Below are positions 28,897 through 44,098 of a stretch of 64,000 nt of DNA, piece after piece. Position 1 is the stretch's first letter. Each line of letters begins with the position of its first letter. Below the pieces are notes generated by a model that worked only from the letters and a program-made list of their open reading frames with translations, was not told the DNA's origin and ran no database searches. A program made the translations under genes and the position numbers. This stretch comes from Eledone cirrhosa (Eukaryota), in NCBI GenBank assembly GCA_964016885.1, contig OZ024743.1, forward strand, positions 301,816,001 through 301,880,000, written 5' to 3'.

Positions 28897-29334
28897 CTAT
28901 TCTCAGCTAAGTTCCCAGGCAATGCGCGGACACTAGGAACCCATATAAAAATAATAATAGAACCACACAGGTACTGACACATAACATATATATTTGCTAG
29001 CATAGGTCACAACATCTGTATACATATGTTGGTAGATATACTAATTCTCTATATTTATCTCCAAATTATTTGTTGAGTAAAATTTGCCAAAACTTACTGC
29101 CGTGGTTCATGTTAGTAGTAGTAGGCACTTGTCATAATACCACCCCACTCCTCACTGATTGACCTCAGTGTCACGTGATTGATTCTTTAGAATTTGCCAC
29201 TGACCCACTAGGCAGTGAATTTTTTTCAGTGCTCTGGAATTTAGTCCCCGCTAGCTTTATTCCATCCACTGAATTATTATTTTTATATGGGTTCCTAGTG
29301 TCCGCGCATTGCCTGGGAACTTAGCTGAGAATAG

Positions 29335-29416
29335 ACTCCCTGATGACGTAAGGAATTCTCTGTAGTTACATTACGTTACTATATTTACGCCCTTAGAGAA
29401 ACTAATTAGTTGGAGT
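29335..29416 (+). ncRNA. Type I HHR with extended helix II
   Basis: actcc-CTGATGA-cgtaagg...ccttaga-GAAA-ctaattag-TT-ggagt; palindrome ACTAATTAGT. Confidence 0.8.
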
Positions 29417-29578
29417 GAAAATGTTAGTAAGTTAATTTTAATTTTTTAAATTTTCTTATTTTACGTCTTTCATATTCTGCATCCCCCCTGCTTAGAACCG
29501 CAAAGGTACTAAGACATAACATATATATTTGCTAGCATGGGTATACATCTGTATACATATGTTGGTAGATATACTAAT

Positions 29579-29650
<72 letters not shown>

Positions 29651-29789
29651 TAACAGATTAACGTTTAAGCAAAGGAAGTTTGTTTATTAGTTTGTATGTT
29701 GACTGCTGATAACCCTAAATAAATTTGGTTATAATTAAAGTTATCGTGTGTTGTACACTACTCTGAATTCTAACTTCTCTTTTAGAGCT

Positions 29790-30500
29790 GACACATTTAC
29801 ATGAACTCTACTCTACGAACAAAAACCAGCTTTGGTAAACAGAGAGGAAAATGGAACCGCCGAACACCATCCTGAAATTCCTAAAATAGCAACAGTAAGT
29901 AGAATGTACATAATACATCCTGGACAGCGAGAATGTTTCCACCTCAGGAGGCTTGGTTAATGAAGGTGGAGGCATTCAAGGCTTTGATAAACTCCTTAAA
30001 ATCAATGGAGCTGTTTGTAAAATGTATAGGAGAGGTATGCTGGAAGACGACTGGTAATGGGCTGTACAAATTGCAGAGGCGTCTCTATCTCAGACCGCAA
30101 CAGGTATTCGAATTAGTTTCATTATTATATTCATAAATTGTGACATAGCCAATCAATCGGTGCTATGGGAGAAGTAGAAGGTCGATATCTTCGATGACAT
30201 TCAACACGAAGCTCATTTGCGAAATTTCCACGTTGTTTCAACTTTGTTTTAACAGTCTGGAATCTTGCTTTTTGCTGTCATGAAGAAGGGTGCAGTCACC
30301 ATGTTTTCCAGAAACCTGTTTCTTCCATTGTGGTGCATTTAAACGAGTATGATTGTGGCTGAGGTACAGCCTCACCTTAAAATTGTATGTGTTTTGTTCC
30401 AAATTAGGAAGCCCAACAAACAGTTAATATATGCTCCAAAGAGAATAATTAAAAATATTGTATGTACGGGAGTCTCCTACTTTCGTAGAATACATTTTGC
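29790..30500 (+). mobile_element. Helitron Rep/helicase remnant, internally deleted
   Basis: SRMYIIHPGQRECFHLRRL and LEDDW-like motifs, then PIF1 C-terminus-like LYV..S....IYAP...KNIV. Confidence 0.75.
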
Positions 30501-30965
30501 GATTATGTTACTTATTAATACCTTTATTTATACATTCTAAATACATTGTTACGCAATGTTTAAACAAACATAAGCATATTTTATTTTAAGTAATTTGGAC
30601 ATCATGATAGAAGTTATTAGGTATCTTATGAATATATTTGACCACAGTTAGACTCGGCGACCACTTGAGTATAAATATATATATTGCACACAAAAGCGCA
30701 CACACATGCATATACATATATATCTTATTCCGATTACTCTGATTTTAAAAGAATAGAACGGTTTTACTTCTGTAGAACTGTAGAAATATATAATTTATAT
30801 ATACTTGAGCAGACAATACGAAATGAGTATGGTCGGTCGATAGGCGTTTATTAATATGCGAATCCACCCACTCAAACACACACACACACACATACACATA
30901 TATATATATGTATATATAAAGATATATATACACTCAGACCCGCATACAGACATATATATATATAT

Positions 30966-31118
<153 letters not shown>

Positions 31119-31126
31119 TATATAAA

Positions 31127-31378
31127 AACGGAGAAAATGAAACAACATTTCATTTCTCACTCTTAGTATGGCTGTTACTTAAATATAAGTATGTATACGT
31201 ACATACATATATGTAAACATGACGATAGCTAATAAGCTTGAAACTAGTACAGCGTTCCTTTGTCAGTGTTGAACAAAAGAGCAACGATGGTTGCTAGACA
31301 CTGTACGGCTTAATTCGGCATGTTTGTTTACAAACACACCGAGCATTATAATAAAAGTTCAGTGATCCATACGTACAT
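31127..31378 (+). mobile_element. Decayed copy of the 45385-46213 family with degenerate HHR (~31217-31255)
   Basis: tgacga-tagct-aata-agctt-GAAA-ctag-TA-cagcg. Confidence 0.6.
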
Positions 31379-31459
31379 CTATATATCTGTTCATGTATGT
31401 ATATATATATATACATACTACTGTACGTCTGTATGCATATATGTATGTACGTATACATA

Positions 31460-31514
<55 letters not shown>

Positions 31515-31562
31515 CTGTGTGTGTGTGTGTGTGTATGTGTGTGTGTATGTGTGTGTGTGTGT

Positions 31563-31610
<48 letters not shown>

Positions 31611-32114
31611 GTGTGGGTGTGTATGTGTGTGTGTGTGCGTGTGTATGTGCCGGTGTGTCTGTGTGTATGTATGAATGTATGAATGTATGTATGTATATAC
31701 ATATACTATCAACCCTATTGCTAAATAGCATTGTGCACTAGTAATACGATCGAATAAATAAATCTCTGTAAATTTTCTGTTCATATATTTTCTTGTTTAT
31801 TTAATTTTTTCTCCTGAGAACTTGATTACGTTTTAAGAATCATGGTTAATGGAATTCGGAACTTCGTAAATTAAGTTTTCTTTACTTCTGGTCTGTCCCA
31901 TTTATTTGAAGAAGCACTATTGTGAAGTTCCTAAGATTAATAGATTGATTTAAGCATTGCTAATTTTCTAGTGCTGCAATTTACTCTAAGTGACATCTCC
32001 TGGCAAATAAAACGTATGGCTTTTATACACGCTTTACACACTCTTACGCACGCATATACTCTCATGTTTAATTCACAGATACGCAAATACATAGATACAC
32101 ACGGACCCAGACAG

Positions 32115-32174
<60 letters not shown>

Positions 32175-32516
32175 GCGTAAAGATACATTTCTATCGCGAA
32201 TTACCATGGAATTTGTAACCAGTAATTACTCTTCCGAACGAGATGTTCGGGAATATTGTTTCATGGCAGATCAGCAGGCACCAATATATAACGGTCTCCC
32301 CTATTCACGCCAATGATAGTGTTCAAAGGAAATGAAAATTACGATGCAAATAGGCACCCGTGACGTTGCAACATATTTCTACTGCCTAAGGAACTGAAAC
32401 AATGCGAAATAACCTAAGGATTATAAGCCCAGTGATCTAACACATAACACATGCGTTTTCTGCCTCTCCCCCTCTCTCACTTTCAATCTCTATCTCTCTC
32501 TACATCTCTCTCTCTA

Positions 32517-32548
<32 letters not shown>

Positions 32549-32552
32549 AATT

Positions 32553-32757
<205 letters not shown>

Positions 32758-33369
32758 TATATTATATACACACACGCACACACATAGGTATATATTGTTC
32801 TATCTGTAATATATATATAGAGATATATACACAACAGAAAAAACAATCACATTTTAGTTTAATGCATTTAATTGCTAACGATCGTTTCTTCCAGACAAAT
32901 GTATGGGATCATCGGCGCATTTGCAATGTTAAAAAAAGTAGTTACATTCGTATTTGTATTTCTGTTCTGTAATATATCTGATATTTTATATTGAGCTATT
33001 TTTCTTATTGTTAATTGGGTAATACAACATATTACCCTTTCTTATTTATAATTGTATATGGATTATATATATGATTATAAATATCATTAGGTAACTTTGC
33101 CTTTCATCCTTACGGGGACGATAAAATAAAGTACCTGTAATACAGTGATATAATTGCTGGCCTTTGGTCATTTTTATTATTATTAGTATTATTATTTTTA
33201 TTTTCTTTCATTATTGTTTATGATATATATGCCGAGTGTCTTCCTGACACCTAGGGCAAATAAATTCAAAGTGTGCATTGGTAAGCCAGTTAATACGGCA
33301 TATTGATTATAATAAAAAAGACAGTATACATATACACACATGTGCATATGCATATGTAAATACAAGCAG

Positions 33370-35975
33370 GAATATCAATCTTACACATATAGTGCTCTTC
33401 TCAATACGTGTGCAGTACCAGTCATAACATTATTTTGCAACTCGTTCAGCAGAGAGGGTAAACCAGGATTATGAGCTCAGCAGAATCAGTTGCAACAGTT
33501 TCTTTAGTCTGTGCAGCCTGGGTATCAAGCATGAGATCAGCAGCATATGTTCTGCTCTCATTCAAGATAGAATGAAGCTTCTTACTTCTCTCATGCTTTT
33601 CAACAAGTTTCAGCATACCGTCGTTAGTTGTTCCAAGGTATTTGGCCAGTCCAATGATGGTGGTCTTATAAGCAAGTTCAAATTGGATCAGACCACGGCC
33701 TCCCTGAGTTTCATGAAGGTAAAGATGATCCACTTCTGCTTTTGGGTGGTGCATCCTATTAGAGGTCAGTAGCTTACGGATTTTGGTGTCGATATTTTTG
33801 ATTGCACTCAAATTTCAGTTCAAAACTCCGAAGCTATAAGGGACAACTGAGATTGCCTAGGAATTTATGGTTAGCACCTTGTTACGAGCGTTTAGTTCTG
33901 ATCTCAGGACTGCACGTAGCCTCCTGTAACATTATTTGATTATCCTCTCTTTCATACTTGCATGCTGTATGCCAGAGCCTTCATTAATCCCTAAGTATTT
34001 ATATGTCTGTTCCTGCTCACGTTCCTTTATGATTGTTTCAGCATCCAATTCAACTGAGTCTGAGTTGACAAACTTCCCCTTCTTGAAAGTGGCTTTCGCA
34101 CACTTGTCAATTCCAAACTCCATCCCGATGTCATCGCTAAACGTTTTTACTGTCCGCAAAAGGCCTTCCAGTTCGTCATTATCTCTGCAATATAGCTTCA
34201 AATCATCCATATAAAAAAGGTGGCTTATTTGTTTGTTGTCAATTCTATAACCGTGCCCTGTTCTATTAAGCTCCGATGTAAGGAGTATTAAAACTATGCA
34301 GAAAAGCAAGGGTGAAAGTGAGTCACCCTGGAATATACCACTGTTGATGTTTATATTCCTAGAGCACAGTAGCCCAGTGGAATGAGACAATTGGAGATTT
34401 GTGTTCCATAATGACATATTGTGCTTCAGTAAGTCTAATATCACAGGTGAGATTTTGAAGATGTCCAGTGATTTCAGAATCCATGAGTGTGGTATACTGT
34501 CAAAGGCTTTTTCATAATCGATCCATACAGAACTGAGATGTGTGTGTTTATTATGCAGCTCTCAGGGATCACATGATTAATCAAAAGTTGATCTTTGCAA
34601 CCATATGAACCTCGTCGGCAACCTTTTTGTTCAATGGGGAAAAGATTCTTCTCCTCCAAAAATGCGTATGCTTTTTCCATGAGAATAGAGGTTAATAGTT
34701 TATAAGTGGTGGACAAGCAGGTTATGGGCCGATAATTTGTTATATCTTTGGTTTCGCTGTTCTTTCTTGGAAGGTAGGTAATGCCACTTGCTATCCAATC
34801 CGGTGTATTGTTTGTATCTTTCATAATTCCATTAGACAGCTTGACCAATATATTGTGAGGAAAGCCAGAAATCTGGCACCCTGTCTCTACCAGGAGATTT
34901 CCATTTATGAGATTTATTGATTGCTGTCCTTAAGTCCGCTATAGAGATGTCTTCCAACGCCTGTTCTTCTAAATTTGTGTAGGATGTTTCCAGGCGACTA
35001 ATCCAATCTAGATTAGTATTATATATCTTCTCATCACTCCAAATCTTACACCAGAAGTTTTCAACTTCTTCTATGGTGGGTCTTCAATAACTATTTTTTT
35101 TCTACCCTACTTCGCTAAAAAATGACTTGGCATTGGATGAGAACAACTTATTTTGACTGTGGAAGTTGTTCCGCTTCTCGAATCTACGAATTCTTGGCTT
35201 TTACTTGGACTTTTTGTTTCAGAGATTCTTTTGTTGAAACTATTGCTTCTCTAGAAGACAGTCGATAATTTCACTTTAGCTTTCTTACCTTCTTGGATCT
35301 TATATCATTTCCAGCGGTTAATCCACTCAATAAAGATATTCCTCCTCTCATTACGTCAATCTCCTTTTCAATTCTACTCCTCCAAATTGGTTTACCTCGA
35401 AGGTTCGACTTTTTTTTGTTTTTTTTGGGTGGTAGACAACTCGTTTCAATTACTCTAGAAGATGCATAAAATATTTCATTTAGCTCAGTAAGATCAGGTT
35501 CTAGTTCTTCTATGATTTGTTTTGTCACAGAATTACCAATCATTATAGTTTCTATTTTGGATTGTATTTGGGAGTTTTTGAAGTGGTTCTCTATCATTTA
35601 TACTAGAATGTCTTACTACAGCAAGCTCATTCAATATTTTTTGCTTTAATTCCTTCATAGTCGCCATGTATTCTTCAGCAGATGTTTGGTTTTCAATTAC
35701 TGTTCTATTTCCCTCTCCAGGCTATTTTTATGCGGGTTCAATAGAGTTTCTCGTTTTTACAAACCTATTTGTGATTTGGTCAGATGGAGGTGTTTCATTA
35801 AAGACTTGTGACTGGTTACTATCTCCAGGAGATTCTTCAGAGGTTTCATCATTTATATTTATGTCATTCCCCACAGCCTGCTTGATCGCAATTAGTTCAG
35901 TGATTGTGAGTCTATTATTTCTGAAGATATACCTCCTTACATTTGCCAACTTATTTCCATCTATATCACGTCTGA
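33370..35975 (-). mobile_element. R4/Dong-clade (RLE) LINE, decayed and internally deleted
   Basis: NYRPITCL, EQKGC, GIFQGDSLSPLLF, YMDDLKLY, YKYLG, HPKAEVDHLYL..GGRGL, terminal GTAHVLRRAL. Confidence 0.92.
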
Positions 35976-37126
35976 TATGTCTTCTGTGTGTGTGTGTGGG
36001 CGAATATATATATATATATATATATGCGCGTGTATGTGTGTTTATGTGTGTGTACGTGTGTGTGTGCGTGTGTGTGTTCATGTGCGTGTGTGTATGTGTG
36101 TGTGCGCGTGTGTGTGTTCATGTGCGTGTGTGTATGTGTGTGTGTGTGTGTATGTGTGTGTGTGTGTATTTTAGGTCGATATATATTCGTGCTTGATTGT
36201 GTGTGCCTGTTTGTGTATTGGAAACGGAGTGAATTAAGCAAACACATTATTTAAAAAAAATATATATACACTCCTCATAGCAAATTCAGAAACTGATTTA
36301 TATACAGATTATGAAGATATAAACATGTGGGATATATTATCAGAATCGTATCACATTCAAATCGAGCGTGGAGGTGACTTCCATGATAAATTTAGATCTT
36401 CACATGCTGATGACATTTTGAAGTTACGTGAAATATCGTATGCTAAACAAAAATAGCATGTATACTAAGTGATCTGTAGGAGCCTCAGGTTTTTCAGAAT
36501 ATATAGCTAAGGCAGTAAATATGTCAAGGCGAATGATGTTCGCAGTATGGATTGGTTGATGAAGGGGATAGTTTGCTATTTCAGATACGTAAAATTAGCA
36601 TGAGCATTTGTAATTAGAAACAATTTGTCACCTGCATACCAGCTGGATGATTTTATTTGCTAAACGACCAATAGAGTTATATATTATATACATCTCATGA
36701 AACATAAATAGTTCCCGATGCGTGTACGTTAAATAGTGTCGGTAATTGTTGGGAGAGGAATGATTTTATGGACTAAGTATTGAATGAATTTCCAATTGCA
36801 GATAGCGTTCTATTGGCATTTTTGTATAATCACTATGGAATAAGAAAAGTTGAAATATTTTTAGACGTATGATATTGAGTGACAGTACTAGATTTAGCTT
36901 TGTTTTTATGTGACTACTAAAGGTGTAGTGAAGTAAGATGAATATCTTCATATGTGTAGTGACTGTCTTTTAATGATTTTTAAAAAGAATGAAGCCATCG
37001 TGAAAATAATTTTCCATTGTTAAAATAAGAGTTGTTCCGAGAATCTGTGTGTAACGTTGGTGAGACTAAAGAATTTCAAATTTGATTTCTTGATTAATAA
37101 CACTTCACATGAAATGAAAATATTAT

Positions 37127-37316
37127 TGGTGGATTGGCAGTATTGGTAGAGGGTCGGACGCCATGCATTCCAGCATAGATATGTCCCTTTACGATCTGAG
37201 TTCAAATCCCGCCGAGGTTGACTTTGCCTTTCATCCTTACGGGGTCGATAAAATAAAAGTACCAGTAATGCACTGGGTGTTTGTTGTCCTTGTGCCTAAA
37301 GTAGAAACAATTATTA
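37127..37316 (+). mobile_element. tRNA-derived SINE (other copies at 26833-26910, 33085-33170, 49555-49780, 53265-53415, 57005-57190, 57440-57547, 62785-62975)
   Basis: ggattggcagtattggtagag A-box-like head, gagttcaaatccc B-box, Meta-like core, AAT-rich tail. Confidence 0.85.
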
Positions 37317-37487
37317 AAGTAATAACACAAAAATCAGTTAGACCATATTGGAAATAAGCTGAAGGTAAACAAATAACACATATGAACATTTAAATAATTA
37401 TCATTCCCCAAAATATGATCACAGCACATTTCATCATTTATCACTCCATCCATAAATCGATTTATATACCCCCCCCCCCCAATAACC

Positions 37488-37530
<43 letters not shown>

Positions 37531-37566
37531 ATATATATATATGTATATATATATGTATATATATTA

Positions 37567-38060
37567 TGTCAGGTCACCAGTTGGTGCTACTGGTAACATG
37601 TATCCCAGTACAACCTGTCTCATGGTCGGGTCGTTGGCGACTAAACTGGCAACCCCACCAAGGTTTCTTGGTGAGGAGGGTGACTTTGGACATCCTGCAG
37701 GACTAAAAACAAAACCTGTCAAAGGGCAAAGGAGCTCTTAAGAGTCAATGGCCATCCAGAATCACCGGGAGAGATGACCCCTTAGCCTTTGTCAAGGCAG
37801 AATTCTAGGAGAAGGAAAACTCTGATATAACACCTGCAACCCTGATGGTATCCAATGATGTTGACTTGTTCTTCTTTTTGGTAAATATCATCTTGGTTAA
37901 GAGAGTGGGACTGGCTTTGTGCAGTGCCTTTGCTCACTATAAAAGCTTCACGGCACAGGCATTGCTTTATATCTGGAGATCTCTCTGCACTTGTCCTCAC
38001 ATGGTACCATGGCCCCAGCACTATGTGTCAATAATTGTCACAAGTGTAGTGTTTGTACCA
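37567..38060 (+). mobile_element. RTE-like LINE 5' UTR remnant with possible HDV-like ribozyme
   Basis: gtcgttggcgactaaactggcaacc and aaaacctgtc...aacctgcaaccc motifs resemble RTE 5' ends. Confidence 0.5.
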
Positions 38061-38204
38061 GAGTTTTCAAGTCGCTGGCTGGACTAAAAAGTCACACTCG
38101 TTCAGCGCTTCGGTAGGGGTTCTCCTACATGGATATAAAGTAGTGGCCGTACTCGAAAACGAGTTGGCAGCCACCATATATATATATACATATATATATA
38201 TATG

Positions 38205-38254
<50 letters not shown>

Positions 38255-38832
38255 TATATATATGTGTATATATTATATAGATATATATAAGTATGTGTGT
38301 ATACATATGTGTTTGCGTGTGTGCCTGTTTTTGTATTAGTATTCATCTATCTCTATTTGATTACACATGGTTCCACAGCACTTAGCTACCAAACGGTCTT
38401 ACATTTCGACGGAACCATTTGTAGCATGTTGAATGAAAATATTCAAAATTAAATTCACGTATGATTTATTATTTACTAAAATCAGATAGACATAATGCAT
38501 AATTACACGGGATATAATATTGTTAATGTACAGAAAGAAAATCAAAACCTTATACAATTCTAAAAACAAGGCATCCGGATTCATGTATACATATGTCGGA
38601 CACACAATAGGTCTCCCGTGAAAGTGTACATATACGGCAATGAAGTCATGCGAATCACAGAATATAACATTTCATCGATAATACATTTCGTATTGACTTA
38701 CAGCATTGTTGAAACATAGAAGCAATTTAAACACCTACATATATTCAGACGTATAAGTATATAACTCTCCATCCCCAATCTCTTTCGCTCTCTTCCTCTT
38801 CTTCATTCCCTTTCTTTGTATATCCATGCATA

Positions 38833-38884
<52 letters not shown>

Positions 38885-38885
38885 C

Positions 38886-38944
<59 letters not shown>

Positions 38945-39854
38945 GTGTGTGTGTGCGTGTGTGTGTGTGTGTGTGTGCGTGTGTGTGTGTGTGTGTGTGA
39001 GAGAGTGTGTGTACGTGTATATATATATACATATATGTGTGTGTGCGTGCACGTGTGTGCATGTGAGTCTTTGAGTGCGTGTGTAAACGTGAATGTTTGG
39101 CCGTATGAACAGTGATGAGTCAGAAATATTGGAATTTTGAACACAATTCTTTACGTCAATTATTCCTGTTCCTTGATGTCTGATTACAATTTCGTCGTTG
39201 ACTATTTGAGGAATCATAGGTTCTTGTCATAGCACTCATACTAGCGGTTTGTCTTGAGAACACACTGCTCCCCGTCTCATTCCCTCAAATTATATTCTGA
39301 GGAGCAATTCCTTACCCACTATCTAAATGATGAAATATCTTCTAATGTTTACAAATTATAAGCCAATTATAACTGACCATGAAACATACATGAATGCATC
39401 AAACGTAAGGAGAGTAATTCATTGTAAATATGTAAATTACAATTCTTAATGAATTTAACTGCACGTGGCTTGAGAATAGATTTCAATGATTTTTGAAAAC
39501 TAAAATGTTTTTCTCAAAATGTTGTTTTGATGCACAACATTTATCGTGCAATGCACGCAACGACATGACATTCTAAAATAAGCTTACCATATACTTCTTT
39601 TCGTTGAATTAAACAATTATCATACATTTAACATTGGCTCTATGTTTCCGGTGTAGCATCAAGTAGTACTAAGATCAAATAGGTGAGGAATATGTTTGAA
39701 AACTAAATAATTGAATGAAGCAAGGAAAACTGTTGAGTTGAACGGTCAACAACGCGTATTTAGAACATATGTATACGCTCAAATTGCAAATACAACCACA
39801 CACACACACACGCACGCGCACACACACACACATATATATATATATACATATAAA

Positions 39855-40270
39855 ATGAAAAAAAGAACGATTGACATATACTGAAATATATCAGCACTAA
39901 CTAGAGAAAATTTGAAAAACGATGAAGATGTAAGAACAGATTTGCCAACATTCAAAATCTATCGATCATTGATTAATGAAAGTAAAAAAAGAATGTGCTG
40001 GCTTCGAAGTGGCCATATACCTTTGAAATAATATCGATGAAGAACAGGACGTAGAGATTGACCTCTATGTTCTTGTGGTGACTCTGCAGGAACTCTTTCG
40101 CACTATTTGTTCCAATGTAGAATCTATCAATCTGATAGAGAGTTCATGCTTAAACCAATCTTTAAAAACATCTACGAAGCTTGGAAGTTTAATATATGAT
40201 TACATGTCGAACAGCTATAGACAACATATTTGAGTACATGGAAGCTACGAACAGTTTCAAGAAAAAAACT
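39855..40270 (+). mobile_element. Old LINE ORF2 3' end with CCHC knuckle
   Basis: WLRSGH...C.CGDSAGTLSHYLFQC..Y...R. Confidence 0.6.
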
Positions 40271-41313
40271 CCAGCTGCTTTACAGCTTTCCTTGTTTCCT
40301 GTTTTTCTGTTTCATTTACTTATACATCAATACCTCCCATTAGACTTCAGTATTTGAATATTTTTCGCTATTTTATTTTCCCCCATTTCTTTCTTTCTTT
40401 TATTTTATTTGAGCTTTTAGTTTATTTTTATTTTGTATTCTGTCATTAATAATCTCAGTAGCTCTTTTTGATTACCAATTATAAAGAGTACTCTATACTG
40501 GCCTTATACTGTAGGGCTTAATAGCTCTGTATGAACGTTTAAAATGAATGAAGGAATAAATAAATATATATAATACCATGAGGTAGCATAATTAAAATGT
40601 AAATAATTAAATTTCAGTAATTGTCCATCTCCTTGTATATAGAATTCCAATCATGTATTAGAGCGCCGGAATTACAGGTGATGTGGGGGACATGCAGAGA
40701 AAAATATTCAGAGTTGACATACTTTTATTGTTAGTAATAGAAATATGCTCCTATATACAATATAGTAGAGATAATATAGTTTCAATAATTTGGCTGCTAT
40801 TTTTAGCTATCAATATTTTATTCAAGTCACCGGAACTACGATTAGTCCTAATGATTTTGAACATGTGCGTGTTTTCTTCAGTTCCGGATATGTATTTAGC
40901 GGTTGTGGGTCCATCGTTAAATTAATAATGCGCTGATGGTGGATTGATTGATCATTGAACTTAGCCATTTAATTCTTGAAACATATTCGTAAGCAATAAT
41001 AGAATATGTATGCAATATATGAATAATTACAGAAATTTAGGTATTTACATTTTTACCTTTAGGTATTTACAGTTTTACCTTTTTGAATTAGATATATGTT
41101 CTTACATCTTTTTTCAAGTTTGCTGCTGTTAATGATTGATACATTTAAGTATATGTCAATCGGTGTTTATTATTTCATATCAAATGCTGATTAATTTCTA
41201 GATCTGCTGTTATTACGGGTGAAATGGCACTTGTTTGATAAACATTTGTTTAGACCTCACATTATTGTTACAACCACACAAACACACACCCCCCCCCCAC
41301 CCCCCCCACCCCC

Positions 41314-41363
<50 letters not shown>

Positions 41364-41705
41364 GTATGAGAAACTATGTTACAATATTATTGGGAAGCTG
41401 ACGATACAGATAACTGTGAGTCCTTTTTTCTTGTTAGTTTATTTTTCTTTCCATCAATGTGTGTTTCTTCGTAAGTCCCGATCAATCAGTTTCGTCCCCA
41501 ATGGTTCACTTATCCCCACTTCCATTCTCGCTCTCTATAACCCACTTCATACTTTAAACTATATTTATTCCTCTCTATCTTTCTCTCTGTAGTTGCTGAA
41601 TGAAGTGTCTCCCTTTTTTTTTTAAATAACTTCCTTTTGTTATTGACGCACTAGGGTTAGATATCTCCTGTGTTATGGTCCAACTGGTAACTTACCACAC
41701 TCTCT

Positions 41706-41781
<76 letters not shown>

Positions 41782-41783
<2 letters not shown>

Positions 41784-41969
41784 GATAACAAATTATCGTT
41801 ATAGGTAATCCAGTTAGAGGGTGTGAGTACTCTGTATTGTGGATAGTTTTAACGTACGGCTGTTTGACTCAACAAGAGGTTTCGATAGCTAGCGAGTTTG
41901 CGAGTTCTCGGGAATTCCTATGCAGGTTAATCTTGGTGTAATAATAGTCAAAGGTCAACAGTACAAAAA

Positions 41970-42049
<80 letters not shown>

Positions 42050-42235
42050 GATAACAAATTATCGTTATAGGTAATCCAGTTAGAGGGTGTGAGTACTCTG
42101 TATTGTGGATAGTTTTAACGTACGGCTGTTTGACTCAACAAGAGGTTTCGATAGCTAGCGAGTTTGCGAGTTCTCGGGAATTCCTATGCAGGTTAATCTT
42201 GGTGTAATAATAGTGAAAGGTCAACAGTACAAAAA

Positions 42236-42238
<3 letters not shown>
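41782..42238. repeat. Near-identical ~190 bp unit duplicated across a (TA)n tract
   Basis: 41782-41971 vs 42048-42237, one visible mismatch. Confidence 0.9.
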
Positions 42239-42299
<61 letters not shown>

Positions 42300-42428
42300 A
42301 GAAGCAACAAATTGCTTATTGTGATCCAGTTTTTGGTTAAGAAAGCCAGTTTCATGGATGGTTTCATCGTACGGTTAGGGGTAACTCCACAAGTTTGTAA
42401 GAATTCCGTTCAATCTTGGAGTATAAAG

Positions 42429-42900
42429 TATAAAAGAGAAAACACAGGTAAGCATTAAGAGAAGGATTTAATCCAGGTATTTACGACCGTTTCATTGGTA
42501 AGTGCAACCTTATATTGCTATACTGCAAATAGCAGCCACTCAATTATAATTGTTTGTTCACAGTCCAAATTTTCAAAATAGTGAGTTACTCTTGAAATAA
42601 TTCTTAATATATAGAGAAAAACATTTATTTGGAATTGTATTTACGAGTATAGAGAGAGAGGAATCAGGAGGTGAGGTGACTAACGGCATAGTATAGAGAG
42701 AGAGGAAGGGGGAAGAGGTAGGAAGTAGAATGACAAACTGAGGTGGAGGTAGGGGTAGAGGTGGAAGGATTCTTTGGTCAGTTTTGATAGCAGACATCAT
42801 GTCGTGAAGTGTAGTGAGTTATAGAGAATTAAATAGATAATAGTGGGAGGGATGGATAGGGAGGGAGAGAGAGAGAGGGGGGAAGATATAAAGAGAGAAA

Positions 42901-42931
<31 letters not shown>

Positions 42932-42980
42932 TACATACACACACACATATATATATATACATACACACACATACACATAT

Positions 42981-43063
<83 letters not shown>

Positions 43064-44035
43064 TATACATATACACACAACACACACATACATATATATA
43101 TATAAAAAAATTAAAATAAAGATAATGACAAAAATAAAAGCAAAGAAGGCGGTGAGAAGGAAGAAAAGAAAAGATGGCCAAGAAGGGGGAAGGAAGGAAG
43201 AAAACGAAGAAATAGAAGAGTAATGAGGTAGAAGGGGGGGGGGGGGAATGTATGTATTGGTTTTGTGGGTAATTAAAGGGTCTAGATATAAGAGGGTATA
43301 AAGTCTAAGTAAATGCAGTTTGTCAGTTGGTAGTAAGAGGTTAAGGGTTCGATTTGTAGTGCGAAAATTTCTCTTTGAGTCTATGGTTACAATAAATTGA
43401 TATCTCAATTTTATTGTTAAGTAACCTATTCTTCGAACTTAAGATGTGGAACAGCTCAAGGTCGCATAATCAACAGCTTCTCATACCACTCCGATATGGG
43501 GGCGCGTTTGATAATGTTTTCCACTTCAGGGTGTATTGCTGGTTACTCTCCCTCAGTTGCCAGTTCTTGTTTGCAAGGGTTGTTACATAACGGTGCTGGG
43601 AATGTTTCATTGCGTAACGGTGTGTATACCAACGAGCTTTAAAAGTATTCCCAGTCGCTCCGATGTAATACCATTTCTGGTTGTCTGATTCTACTGTGCA
43701 TTGGTAAACCAGGTTAGACTGCATACATTCATTTTGTAATGGACAGGTTTCAGGTCTATGGTTACAATAAAATTGAGAGATCAATTTTACTGTAACCATA
43801 GACTCAAAGAGAAACCTTAACCTCTTACTACCAACTGACAAACTGCATTTACTTAGACTTTATACCCTCTTATATCTAGACCCTTTAAATACGCACAAAA
43901 CCAATACATATATCCCCCCTTCTCCCTCATTCCTCTTCTATTTCTTCGTTTTCTTCCTTCCTTCCCCCTTCTTGGCTATCTTTTCTTTTCTTCATTCTCA
44001 CCGCCTTCTTTGCTTTTATTTTTGTCATTATCTTT

Positions 44036-44098
<63 letters not shown>

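Larger units (their letters stand above)
28752..29585. mobile_element. Fold-back element with two HHRs and a displaced direct repeat
   Basis: 28752-28960 is inverted relative to 29272-29474; 28969-29050 is repeated at 29503-29585. Confidence 0.85.

Noticed and set aside
43470-43472. In-frame TGA in the GIY-YIG region as possible selenocysteine
   Set aside because: It falls at the variable position of CxLC rather than on a Cys; a CGA-to-TGA mutation is the simpler explanation
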